DNA from: Styela clava | Taxonomy: Eukaryota | Length of the DNA stretch: 64,000 nt | NCBI RefSeq assembly: GCF_964204865.1 | Contig: NC_135255.1 | Span: 13,454,001 to 13,518,000 of the forward strand | Direction of reading: 5' to 3' | Shown here: positions 26,401-37,000 of the stretch, piece by piece | Layout: each line of letters opens with the position of its first letter | How positions within the stretch are numbered: position 1 is the stretch's first letter | Made by a program: the position numbers and the translations under genes | The notes under the pieces: model-generated | The model's input: the letters and a program-made list of their open reading frames with translations, nothing else | What the model was told of the DNA's origin: nothing | Database searches by the model: none

Positions 26401-28750
26401 CTACGATACGATGATTGAGGTACCATGCATTTTCAACTTTAGCCGTTTTCGTTTCAACCGGTGTTAGTCGTCGTACCACGCCTCGCTGAAGCAGATTTTT
26501 AATCTCCATATTATACTCTTCCGTTTTTCCTTTTCTATACAATTCTTGTTCCCGTTTTTTCATTTGTTCATACGCCTTCTCAAAATTGTTGTGCAATTTT
26601 TCTGGGAAACCAGGTTTCCATGGCATTTTGACACAAACTCGGCCATCAGCACTAATATTGGTTGTCGCTTTTACATGTTTGATAAATGCTGATTCTGCAA
26701 TTTCTGAGTTAGAACAAACACACAAAGTTGTGGGTTGCACTCCAAGAACTTCACCATGGAAAAACTTGCGCAACTCTTCATTTTCTAATGATGAAAAACT
26801 ATTAATATTTGCTACATGATTGAAAGATCGTTGCGGTGCTTGAATAATGCCTCCATATAGATAGCATCCAAGAGATGTGAAAGCTGCTGAAGGATGATTA
26901 TCGGGATCAATTGGCGAACGTAATGTATGCATTGTTTGAATTAAAGGTGCATAATCTCTACCAACAAGAACATCGACTGTTTTTTGCCCAACTGGTATTT
27001 TATCCTGAATTCCTCTTAGATAATCAAACTGTTTAAGAATAGATGGCGGAATTGGTGTAACATCGTGACAAGGTTTTCTCACAGCCGTAACTCTGATATC
27101 GAATATCTGGTCTCGTGAAAGAGGTCTAACTTTTAAATTATAATCTTCAGAAGGTTCTTCATGAATGGCTCCTCCTGCGACACCAAACCGAATTGTTCCA
27201 TGACCTATTGCCTTTTGTTTCAATGATTTTGCAAAATTACGTCTTACCAAAGAATGGTTACTGCCACCATCAAGAAAGAAATTTGCCTTGATCCATGTTT
27301 TGTCACTCGCCTGCACTTCTGCAACAAGTAATGGAGAATAATCCAAATTAAAAGTGCTCAATTGTCTTGAATGCATCTGAGATTGGTTGAATACTGCTGC
27401 ATTAGAGTGAATATGTTGACTTTCCAAATTCGAGTCGTTCATACCAGAATTTCTCATTGTATTGTAATTTCCCTGTACGTTTCCGGGACATAATGACCAA
27501 TGATGTTGTCTTCGGTTACAATTTACACAGCTATCGGCTATTGTTCTTGCACAATTTCTTGCAAAGTGAGTTCCTAGACATATAAAACATCTTCGATCAT
27601 CTGCTATAAAGTTTTTTCTTTCAGGAATTGATAGGTTTTGATATTTGTTGCAGTCTATAAGGCGGTGCTGAATTCCACATCCAAAAATACAAGTGACTGT
27701 CCTTCGACGTGGCTGAACTGAACCCATGTTATCATTCTCGTCTGTAGCATGATTAACCGTATTGAAATTAGATCTTGGCGACTGGTTTTGTCTCGGTCGA
27801 AACCTCATATTCTCGCTTTGACTGATAAAGTTACCAGATATTTCCAACGCTGTAGCTTCAGATCTCAGAAAATTCGTTATAGATTCCAAGTTATGATTAC
27901 CTTTGCTGGAACTATTATATCGCAGTGCAGTGTCTGCATCTAGACACTCTAAGGCTCTATTGACAGAAATAACCGAGTTTGCATCCTGTTTTAACCCAAG
28001 ATCTTCCATACGTCGGCAGAAGAGAGAAATTTCGTGAGCTAGTCGCCTAAGGTTCGCTGGATTACGAGAGGTCTTATATAAAGGTTTTATTTGCTCGTAT
28101 TGCTTGATTACTTCACGTTGAACTACTGATTTAGGAATACGCTCTTCCAGGCGTTCCCATACACTTGAAATTGATTTACAGTCACATATCATTGTTTGAT
28201 ATTCGTTTGGCATTGCACCATTGCGTAAAAGCCATGAAATTTGCACTAAATCATCCGTAATTCTAGCATGGTGCATTATATGTGTGAAACGTTCTTTCCA
28301 GGTATAAAAGTCTACTTTTTGTCCGTTCCAGCATGGCGGATCCATACCACATAACTTAATCATAGGAGGATCATTATTATAATTGTTTTGAGTGGTTACA
28401 AGAGATGATATCACCGGCTTTATATCTAGTTTGTCTTCATATTTCTCAAAATCGATTGCAATCTTGTTTTCCAAACGTAAAATTTCTTCACTAAATTTGG
28501 ATATAACGGGTTTTTCCTCACTTTGTGTAGTACTGTCTTCTTCAATTAGAGCCAATTCCATAGTATCAATTAGACAGACCAAAAATGCTATTTTATCGTT
28601 AGCATCATGAAACAGTATTTTGACCTTTTCAAAATCTCTTCTTTCCAGAGAGTGCTCAAATCGTGTTAAAATTCTTTCCAAATTTACTTTGAGTACCGGA
28701 AACTTACTCTTGAGTTGTTTGAAATTCTGACCTTGAAAATATTCTGCCAT
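23420..28750 (-). CDS. BEL/Pao Gag-Pol polyprotein, 1776 aa
   Basis: Three Cys/His knuckles (CIFGCGIQHRLIDC, CFICLGTHFARNC, CVNCNRRQHHWSLC), protease FLDGGS, RT (AGDISKMF, YIDD), Pao RNase H (LHAFSD, ELMGA, WIDS), integrase (H..H..CIFC, MDFFG, FSDGG, VESL). Order PR-RT-RH-IN. Confidence 0.97.
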   Translation of the reverse strand: MAEYFQGQNFKQLKSKFPVLKVNLERILTRFEHSLERRDFEKVKILFHDANDKIAFLVCLIDTMELALIEEDSTTQSEEKPVISKFSEEILRLENKIAIDFEKYEDKLDIKPVISSLVTTQNNYNNDPPMIKLCGMDPPCWNGQKVDFYTWKERFTHIMHHARITDDLVQISWLLRNGAMPNEYQTMICDCKSISSVWERLEERIPKSVVQREVIKQYEQIKPLYKTSRNPANLRRLAHEISLFCRRMEDLGLKQDANSVISVNRALECLDADTALRYNSSSKGNHNLESITNFLRSEATALEISGNFISQSENMRFRPRQNQSPRSNFNTVNHATDENDNMGSVQPRRRTVTCIFGCGIQHRLIDCNKYQNLSIPERKNFIADDRRCFICLGTHFARNCARTIADSCVNCNRRQHHWSLCPGNVQGNYNTMRNSGMNDSNLESQHIHSNAAVFNQSQMHSRQLSTFNLDYSPLLVAEVQASDKTWIKANFFLDGGSNHSLVRRNFAKSLKQKAIGHGTIRFGVAGGAIHEEPSEDYNLKVRPLSRDQIFDIRVTAVRKPCHDVTPIPPSILKQFDYLRGIQDKIPVGQKTVDVLVGRDYAPLIQTMHTLRSPIDPDNHPSAAFTSLGCYLYGGIIQAPQRSFNHVANINSFSSLENEELRKFFHGEVLGVQPTTLCVCSNSEIAESAFIKHVKATTNISADGRVCVKMPWKPGFPEKLHNNFEKAYEQMKKREQELYRKGKTEEYNMEIKNLLQRGVVRRLTPVETKTAKVENAWYLNHRIVERPDKTSTKLRIVFDSACPFKGTCLNDGLEKGPSFANSLFRCFMAWRADSVAIAGDISKMFNQIQMAEVDQKFHRFLWRYGDSSLQPTIFQWLRVMFGDKSSPDLACFTIKFLADKFRKDHPLGAVVLDKDTYIDDVSHSVSNHILANKVINDVDQILIRGKFSIKIWNSNHPEVDQNPGEKVVDVLGHSWNKTDDSFSSKFKDISFMQTGFSKRKALACVMKLWDPLGYLLPVTMQYRIDLQKIWADGFSWDQTLPDDVVKCWYNNVQEMSKLAQVSTPRRLKPENTTGPPQLHAFSDGGDLAYGTCVFLRWPTTGGVKLTFVAAKGFVAPLKHKSTPRKELMGAIGMSRLVHEISKALPYNIAFKYFWIDSKVVIYWLNSQSGKFKPFVASRVQEFQDTHKNLTKEVKFIPSLLNAADCLTKPISCKKLTIWHEGPEFLRQPMEYWPNDDDLKLDELRQEILEEKPPTKSKAYRGKRQFNVVKADLPYQNDNDLADNFSSWQDLLRATAWMKGAFQQKSFVNLEFKPADVVQYIEKAKLCIFRICQKSMIDEFGKAVKTLWKLDLLFDSHGILRIGGRLTRTDLYMEMKHPVVLPGEHSLVRLLGVFYHKKVLHQGYRVILANMKNDGIVLIGGRILLKSIASMCIFCRIRRRKLLQQRMGELPSFRMQPQMAPFNSVAMDFFGYLKVKQSRNVVINASVLIITCATTRCIHLELCLALDTNSFLRAWRRFVSIRGIHRAFVFSDGGTTFQASQTPIKEWIEKWNFQLIQHEMAENQTKFDWKYNVPYASHMNGVVESLINSVRKALDASVVNYSRALMTYEEWTTVLNEITYIINSRPLFPDGNPLEYNCITGNTLLHPYEKQVVPQTTQEERFNPRDMLKVAENRVEVFWKTWMKHIPPQLLLANKWFRTRRNLQVEDYVLILQPGFKGGSAPRGLWKKALVHNIMPSSDGLVRSVTIKDSDGNLYNRPIHKLCLIATKEELQCGLKDI

Positions 28751-28863
28751 TGTTAGTTGGCATTCTTGCTTTGATGTATTGCTGAATCCTCGAAAGGTTG
28801 AAGAAGAACTGCTTGATTCAGACTCCAGTTTGTAGGTGTAGGTGCAGTATCATTAAATGTCAC

Positions 28864-29323
28864 TAGTTTGGATTTCTGCCCATTGACAAATCACCCTTGC
28901 CTACTATGTCTCTTTAACTAATATCCCGAAATGAAACGAATAGATTTCTCCCAAAGTGATTTAATCCAGATATCAGTAAGACAAAGTGACCTGACAAACA
29001 ATAAAGATGAATATTAAAATCAGTACAGGCAACCAGGCACAATACAAAGCAAGAATATACCAATTCACTTACATTTAAATGAGACTTTGTCAGAACAGAT
29101 TATCCCAATGTAAGAAACTTAAGAAATAGAATATTCATACCCAATGACTATAGCACCATTAACAAGCTTATGAGAACAGATCTAAAGACAGACTAAAGCT
29201 CTAGACATTTAACCATAACAAGAAGTAATCAAGTAATCAGCCAATAATCGCGATGCAGTGAACCATACGTAAACACACCAAAAGTAAGTAGTACCAAGAT
29301 AAATCAGTCAAATGTTCAAACCA
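28864..29323 (-). repeat. 5' LTR
   Basis: Direct repeat of 22884-23343. Confidence 0.95.
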
Positions 29324-32269
29324 ATATTGAGTGCCCTACATTGCATTATTTTACGCAAATATGTTACATTTTTTATGTTCCAGTCATTTTAATTTTTTGC
29401 CGTTCCGCAAGTACATTCAATTTAATTTTACCGGTCCGCCAGGTAGAAAGGTTGGGAACCACTGACCTAGAGTACATCATCGCCAATAAGTACACATTAT
29501 ATTTCTACCTGATTATGAAATGTGTAGTCAGAAAATCTGGCATCAGAGCTGAGCAATTCATCAATGGCTAAATCTGGAGAACAAGTTGTTATGCATCGAC
29601 GAATAACTGCAGTAAAATTCTTTAGCCATATTTGACGCGTTTTTACAGTTATTGTTGTTGGTTCGACTAGTTTTGAGGCAAGATGCTGACGATATAGAAG
29701 ATATCTGTAAAGGAAATTTGATATAAAAAATGGAATCGGGATATTTTTTTTTCCAAATGGGAGATGCTTTGACCATTTATGTAGTAGTAGTACTTGCATA
29801 TTTATCCTGGAGGAGAGAAAAGAATGGGAATGGAACGCTTAGCACAATGCGCCACTGGATATCATCAAGATGTCAAAGGTGATGTGACAATTGAAATTTT
29901 AAGAAGTCGCTTAGACAATTTTTAATTCAAGATTCTCAGGCATGGCTGGAAACATTATCTAGCAATTGATTAGTTTTTTCGTTGTCTCCAAAACTTGGGT
30001 ACAAATTAAACAATTGAATGATTATTTTGTCTTACTAAAAGTTTTAATTCAGTTACAAGGATCAAAAATGAGTCCTGAGAAGAGAAACTAAAATTAGCTA
30101 TCAATACTTTTGCATTTTACAATGATGGTATCAAGAAGTATCCAAATAAGTATTTCGAGGAAAATGAATTATTTGAATATACTTTTATTTTTATTATTAA
30201 AAAAATTTGCGAATCTGATTATAAAGTCCCACCTTAGCCATATTTGTCTTCTATCATTTTCATCACCCACATCCACAATTGCCTTTTCATAATAATCCAG
30301 TATAACGTTGACAGATTCGCTGGATAAATCGAGAATTACACTGAAAAGAACATGATACACCATAAAGCATTGTTCAAAAATGAATAGAATCCAAATAAGA
30401 ATTCTATTACGATTTCCGTAATCACAAACATTGATTGAGTGGCACATCAGGATATTTCTGGATCTACAGGGTGTCCATAAAGTCCCTTTATGATTTCAAT
30501 TTTGTTACGAAGTCAGTTCTGAATATATCTTAACCAGGTTTGTTGTTTTTCAATCAGTGAATTCAAAAGTATTTTTACTTCATCGATCTCGATAAGTATG
30601 TTGATAGGTATTTGTTTGTTTGTTTGTCTGTCAGACACTTTCGTATGTTACGCGATATCTCACGAAAGCAAGGTTGAATCTACTCCAAATTTTGCATGTG
30701 CATTCAATATATATTGAATCAGAAGCCTATTGCTTTTGGATGAATTATGTCGTATAATTAGCAAGTTATTAATTAATTAGTGATGGGACATGCGGTGTCG
30801 CTATTTAGTCAGAGCGAAGGAATCGAAACCGCAGAGACGGTCTCCGATTGCTAGCTAGTTTAATACATCTGAGGGCCGAAACAATATATGACATCGATAA
30901 ATACCATTTGCAATATTAAAAAAAATTGAGACACCCAATACATCTTAACACTCATAATTTCAACACCCTTGATCTATTTCACTTACATGTAAATCATCCA
31001 TAAATATGCTTTGTTCTTCCCAACAATTTTCCAACTAATTCCCGGTAAAAGAGAAAGATGTTTGTCAGTTAATGAATCCGATAATCTCAATAAGTAGTGA
31101 AATAATTTCTTCAATTCTGATAAATTAATCACATCTATATCTGAAAAAGAAACCAAAATGAAGCTAAAATTGAGAACCTAATATTAATATTAAAATCATG
31201 TCATCACTTAGGGTGTAATAAACTAGGCAATGCCGAAACCTGGTAACTACAGGGTGGTGGCTAGAAAAACAGTACCAACCTAAAACAACCAAGAACCTAA
31301 AAGAAAACACACATTTTATTTGTGGTGTCATGTGACCTTCAAATTTTCTGCTTTTTTATCGACCACCCTGGTGTATTTCACATGATGAATCTTGATTTTA
31401 TAAAAACTACGAAACTTTTACCTATTTTCAAATAAGCTGAAGCACAAGTTTCAAAATACAAAAGTGCAGCATCAATGTCCGATGATTCTTGATTCAATTG
31501 AAACAAAGCTGCTTCATAACAAAGTTTTGCATCATATGGATTTTCTGTCACAGCTTCTTCAAAGACCTTTAAAAAAGTAATATTAAATAGATAAGATCTT
31601 CTTGCCTGTTTGTCCTATCCATGACTGTTATAATATCCCATTAAAAATAAGTATGCATTAACGATTTGACATTTCTCATTTATTACCACAAGAAAAATAA
31701 TTTTTTTATTTTTTCAAACTTAACATAATAATTTTGATATTTCAGTGCCTTTTTTATGCTTTTAATGGCTCAGTTATAGTTACATAGTTTATAGCTTTTT
31801 CAAGCTGCAAAATAACATTTCAAACGCCCAAATATCTGTTTTTCAGGCACTTCGTAATTTTCTCACACAACACATTTTGACAACAATACCAAACACGCAG
31901 AAATTTCACAGCCAAATAGCATGGGAAACAAGTTTTTCGCAGTTTCCCATGGCAATTCAAAACACTTCACGACAAAAATAGTACTTTTGTAGCCATTCAA
32001 ATTTAATGAATGGAAACATTCCAACCTCTGAAATCTAAACGAATGCAACAATTCAATATAAATACTTTGCTTGCTACAGTAGTACAGTCGGCTGCTTAAT
32101 GCAGTAGGTTGGCATGCATAGATGTATTTGCCTCAACTTTATAAATAACAAATAGTAAGATAGAAGTTTCATTGAAATGGAATTGCAACTTGATTAATTT
32201 TAGACAGAAATGTATGCTAGACTGCATTTGAGTTTCAATTCTAATGTTTGCTTTAAACAGGCGTTAAAT

Positions 32270-34017
32270 ATGAGTAAGGGTATACCATATTGGATGTTTT
32301 TGAGCATTCAATTGCTCGTCAACCAAGTATATTGCAATCAAAGAATTTGCATGCAAATTGAAAATGTCAATGCAGAAGAAACCTACCCAATTCCACCACA
32401 ACGAAGTTCACAGGGTGTTCCGGGCAAACGTGGGCCACCTGGTGAAATTGGCCCAAAAGGATCACAAGGGCCCAGAGGCCCAAAAAGAATTGTCGATTAT
32501 GAAAGAATGAACGCAGCAATAGAATCAGGTAATTTAACTTAATATTTAATTCGTTATTGATTGTAAGCATCAGTGGGGCTTGTATAAAGCCTTGTTTGAG
32601 TGGAAGATCTTGCAGATTTCCCTTTAAAGGAATATATTGAGGTTTACTTCTTATTGTATATATATATAGTTTAAATGATGATATAATGACTGTTCGTATG
32701 AATGGACTTCGTATAGATAAACCTAAGAATGTGGTTTTGGCAGAACATCCAATAATATTCCGTTGCAAATCTATTCACTTATTCATTGGTATTAAATTGA
32801 AATAAGGTATCCCTAACATTGATTCATTTAAAAATTTAGTTTGTTTGATTTATACTATTAGTTCAGCGACCCATACTTTTATATGTAACTTGTTGCAGCG
32901 ATAAATGATCTGCGGACAGAAACGGAAGAGAAGATGAATAAAACTATGAATGATCTTCAGCAGAGGATGGGTAATAGTTACTAAACTATAAGTTATGTAA
33001 AACTGTTTTGTTAACATTACATGATGAATTTTTTGTCAAGGAGTTCTCAAACCTAAAATGCAAACTGGAAACATAAAAATTGTTGGGCAAATAAAATTCA
33101 GAATCCAGAATTCCCAACATGAATTTAATTCATTTTTAAATAGAGCCAATTGAAAATTTCATTTTCTAGATAAAACAGTCAGCTGTGAAGTCATTCACAA
33201 GAATAATTGTTATCGGATGATACTTCGCGAAACCCAAATGAATTTTGACCGAGCAACACAAGCCTGTAGAGATATTGGGATGAATATTGGATACATTGAA
33301 GATGAAACACATTACCAAAAAATAGCAGAGTTAGTCAGATCAAAATCAACATCACCTGGTACGGGATACTGGACAGGACTATTGTACAAAAACTCAGTGA
33401 GTATTTAAATTTGATTCATAACGAATATGGTGAACCAGCAAATATTTATCATTTCTATCACATTAAATTATCATTGACTTATCTCGGATTAGGCTCAGAG
33501 CATAGTGCCAAGCATTAGGAATACGCTTGCCCCAGCACCTCTGATTACCCTGCGTGGGTTGGATGGTCCAATCCTGTGTGGGATAACTATGTACAAGATA
33601 ATTGCTGGACTTCTCGCTTCCATAGGGTGGTTCACATAACCACTGTCCACTGGTCAGTTACAGCTTCCTTCACCGTCAAGTTCATGCATCAGAAAACTGG
33701 CTAACTAATCCCATACCCAACATGACTGGTACCCGTACAAGAGGCTGCGGTTCCCCATATCAATATTAAGTCGCCTTATCGCCTCACCCTTGATACATAT
33801 GTAACTCCTATCCTATCTATTTCAGCAACTTGTGACACTTTCTGGAAATCCATCACCGTTCACTAAATGGTATCCGGGTACACCCAATAGTGGTGAGCAA
33901 TACAAAAATGTGTACATTTATGTCACGAAAGATACAGGAAATGTAAAACAGGGCATGTTTAACTACATTCCAACAGCCACACGACCTGGAGTGTTATGTC
34001 GAATCATGCATACTTAA
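32270..34017 (+). CDS. Mini-collectin 2, intact, 246 aa
   Basis: Exons 32270-32528, 32899-32970, 33179-33396, 33826-34017 are in frame. The last collagen Gly is replaced by Arg (GPKRIV). Confidence 0.88.
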
Positions 34018-37000
34018 GATCATATTAAGAAGCATTGTCTACAGATTTCTTATTTGTTAACTTCTCCGATCACACAATACTACAATGCTAGTTATATTGA
34101 CAATGTCCAAATTACATGAATCAGTTGTTCCCCTGATTACAGAATTCCATTTTTTTTATTTCACGATTTGATTATAATCTTGCTTGATATCAATTACATA
34201 TCAAGTGAATATGGTCAAAATTAATGTTGTGTTTTTTTTTGGTACTGGCAACAAATATATAAATAATACAAAATTAAAATAGTATGGTCGAAATAAAAGA
34301 AAGAGATGAGAGAAGCATATTTGATTTTTAAAGTACGGTAGTAGTTTTGCGGAAAACATCAAATTTTCATTTCAAGGCAGTCGAAGGATTAATTGACTAA
34401 TTAATTGATTAATTCCAATAATATACCTGTGTGGCAGATAAGCTGTCGCCCTTCTTCACCAAAACATCTGCCCATATTATAGAAATATCAGTCACTCCCT
34501 TTTTGATCTGGCTTATCGTTTCCTCATTTATTGACAGTTTTTGTATCGCATTAGTCATAGTTTTACACAAAAACCTGTAAAACCAAGAAACTCATTCAAA
34601 CTCATTGAAAACTCATTCAAACTTTTCCTCTTATTTCTAGAATCTTATTATTTTCAGGAACAAATTATTAAAGTTACAAAATTTCTGACATTACATTTTG
34701 ATGAATATGGAATAAGAATTTACATTTAGTTTTGAATTTGCGATAATCTTTGGAATAGAAAGACATAAATCAGAATGATATGTTTTACTTTTTAATGTAT
34801 ATATACTATGTAAATAAAATCATTTAGTTAATCAGTTGTTTCATTCGTCGATATTGGGCTGATTGGCCATTGTGAAGAAACCAAATACAACGAAGATCAC
34901 ATCATAGGGGAAAATGCAACATAGAATTCAATGATAGAAATGAACAGGTTGTAAAGTACTGGTTAGGATGACAATCAATAGAAGTAAAAAAGAGAATTCC
35001 CAATTCTTACTTGCAACTATTAGCAACGTTGTCCCATTTTTGCTGAGATATTTCCAATCGCAATCTTTCCCGAAGTAACTGTAGAGCTGATAATGGATCT
35101 TCAGTTAATGAAGAATCCTTAATAGCAACTGAATCAAACATATAGTAAATTTAGGAATAACTTTGAAAAATCAGAAAATACAAACGACAGAACTGCCCAA
35201 ATGAGCGAAGCCATTGAAGAAATCATATATTTCAAAATTATTAAAAAATTAGTTGTGAACGATTATTCACAATATTTAATTACAGCAATGAGATGATGCC
35301 TAATTTAGGTCGTAATTGTAATTATATCGATTCATACCCTACAGACAGAACAGAAGATATATGGCCTATTTAACTCATGATGACGTCACAAATATAAAAA
35401 AAAAACTAGTAAAAACAATGTTTATGCTATTCCTAATATTTTCAAATTTTATATGTGTAAATTTTTTTATCTTATCAAACGAAAAAATTCAAAAATAATT
35501 TCATAATGTATTTGGAATGATAAATTATTTAATTTGGCCACCCCTGACCCGTACCATTATCTGAGTGAACAGGTCATAAAATGTAGAGAATCACCCCTAA
35601 TGGGCATATTCGATAGTCCATTAGGCTACTCACCGTCAAGGTCAGCATGCAGGTTAGAATAGAAACTTTCGTCACGTTTATTCCTTGAATTAAAGTCAAG
35701 CTGAACTTCTAATCCTGGATAAACTTTGATCCCGAGATAATTTCGAGCATTGCATGCAGAGCTAAAAGTGACAAATAAATGATATGTTTTTCTGCTCAAT
35801 ATAGAAATTTGACTCACTCACAAATTCAAAGTAATTACGAGAATAACGGATTCAGGTATTTATTATCACTGTGCATGAAAAATTCAGTCAGTTTTTAAAG
35901 TCTAAATTTGACTAGGCCTATTGAAATTTCGCAGGAGTAAATGAGAAAACAAGGACACATAAAAAGGAGTGCTGCTTTGAGAGCAATAGGATAGAATGTT
36001 TCATATTTGGTAGGATATTGTGGAGGAAAAAAACAATAAAACAGCTTAATAACCACATTACACACCCTAACATATCCTATTATTCGATTGCTAGTCTACA
36101 TTATGTATGGGGAAAAGGTAACCAATTGATTATTTGAAATAGATAATGTGGATGTGGATAAAACTTGGCATTTTTGGACGCTCACTCGCAACTTCCGCTG
36201 CCTACAACGCCCTGTACAGGTAGCAATTGGGAACTCACTCAAACCCAATCAAAATTTATGAAGCTACTGCTATTCGAACGGCCCCGGATCTTCCCAGTTA
36301 GGCATTGAATTTTTATAATACCTTGGGTGAGGTGGGACTTCTGGGGCATTAACCCAAGATGTTTAATATTATTAAAGTAAACATAAAACTCAATTTTTGT
36401 TACATTACCCTATATTTGGAAAAAAGCACTGTGGAAGAGTATTGAAATGCACAACGTTTAAATATGCCAACCAGGATGATTAAGATCAGTCGACGTCAAA
36501 CATCTATTCGAAGAAGATGTAGAAAAGGTGAGAAATTTCTGACATTGTTGAGAGAATTCTTTTACTGTTACCTGTAGAAATGTTTTCGAATGTTAGAGGG
36601 GCAAAAGTCGTAAAAAAAGGTCAGTCTAGATAAGGGTTATTCAAAATGAACCCTCCGATCCACTAGGGGACCACAGAGAGTTTCCCTCTGGGCAAAAAGC
36701 ACTTTCACTAGGTTTCATTCACAATGACGATGCCAGATCTAGTTGCTCTCAGTCACGAACTATACATATGGATCGCTATACTATTTCTCATTGTTGTTAT
36801 TCTTGTTGACATTATTTGGAAAAAATGGCCAGTACTGCTAGATTTCTCATTTTTAGTACTTAGATAGAAAAAGTTGCAAATTTGCTATTGCTTTTATTTT
36901 ATTTCTCAAATTTTTCTATGAGACCATTATATTTACGAAAAAATTTTAGGGCTTTAATTAAAGGGGACACTTTTTTATTTCATCACACTGGTCTTTTTTG

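Larger units (their letters stand above)
22884..29323 (-). mobile_element. Full-length BEL/Pao LTR retrotransposon
   Basis: Two 460-bp LTRs, 5-bp TSD ATATT (22879-22883, 29324-29328), polypurine tract GGGGGGGAG next to the 3' LTR, single intact gag-pol ORF. Confidence 0.97.
21834..29464 (+). mobile_element. Non-autonomous Buster/Charlie hAT (same family as 12549, opposite orientation), interrupted by BEL/Pao
   Basis: TIR CAGTGGTTCCCAACC; TSD ACCTAGAG (21826-21833, 29465-29472); empty site at about 5526. Transposase relic NEYPSLSNRAIKLLSVFSTSYLCVKTFS..IKTKQRNR at about 22510-22630. Confidence 0.92.

Noticed and set aside
24065-28610. Short plus-strand ORFs within the BEL element
   Set aside because: They are antisense shadows of the gag-pol frame.
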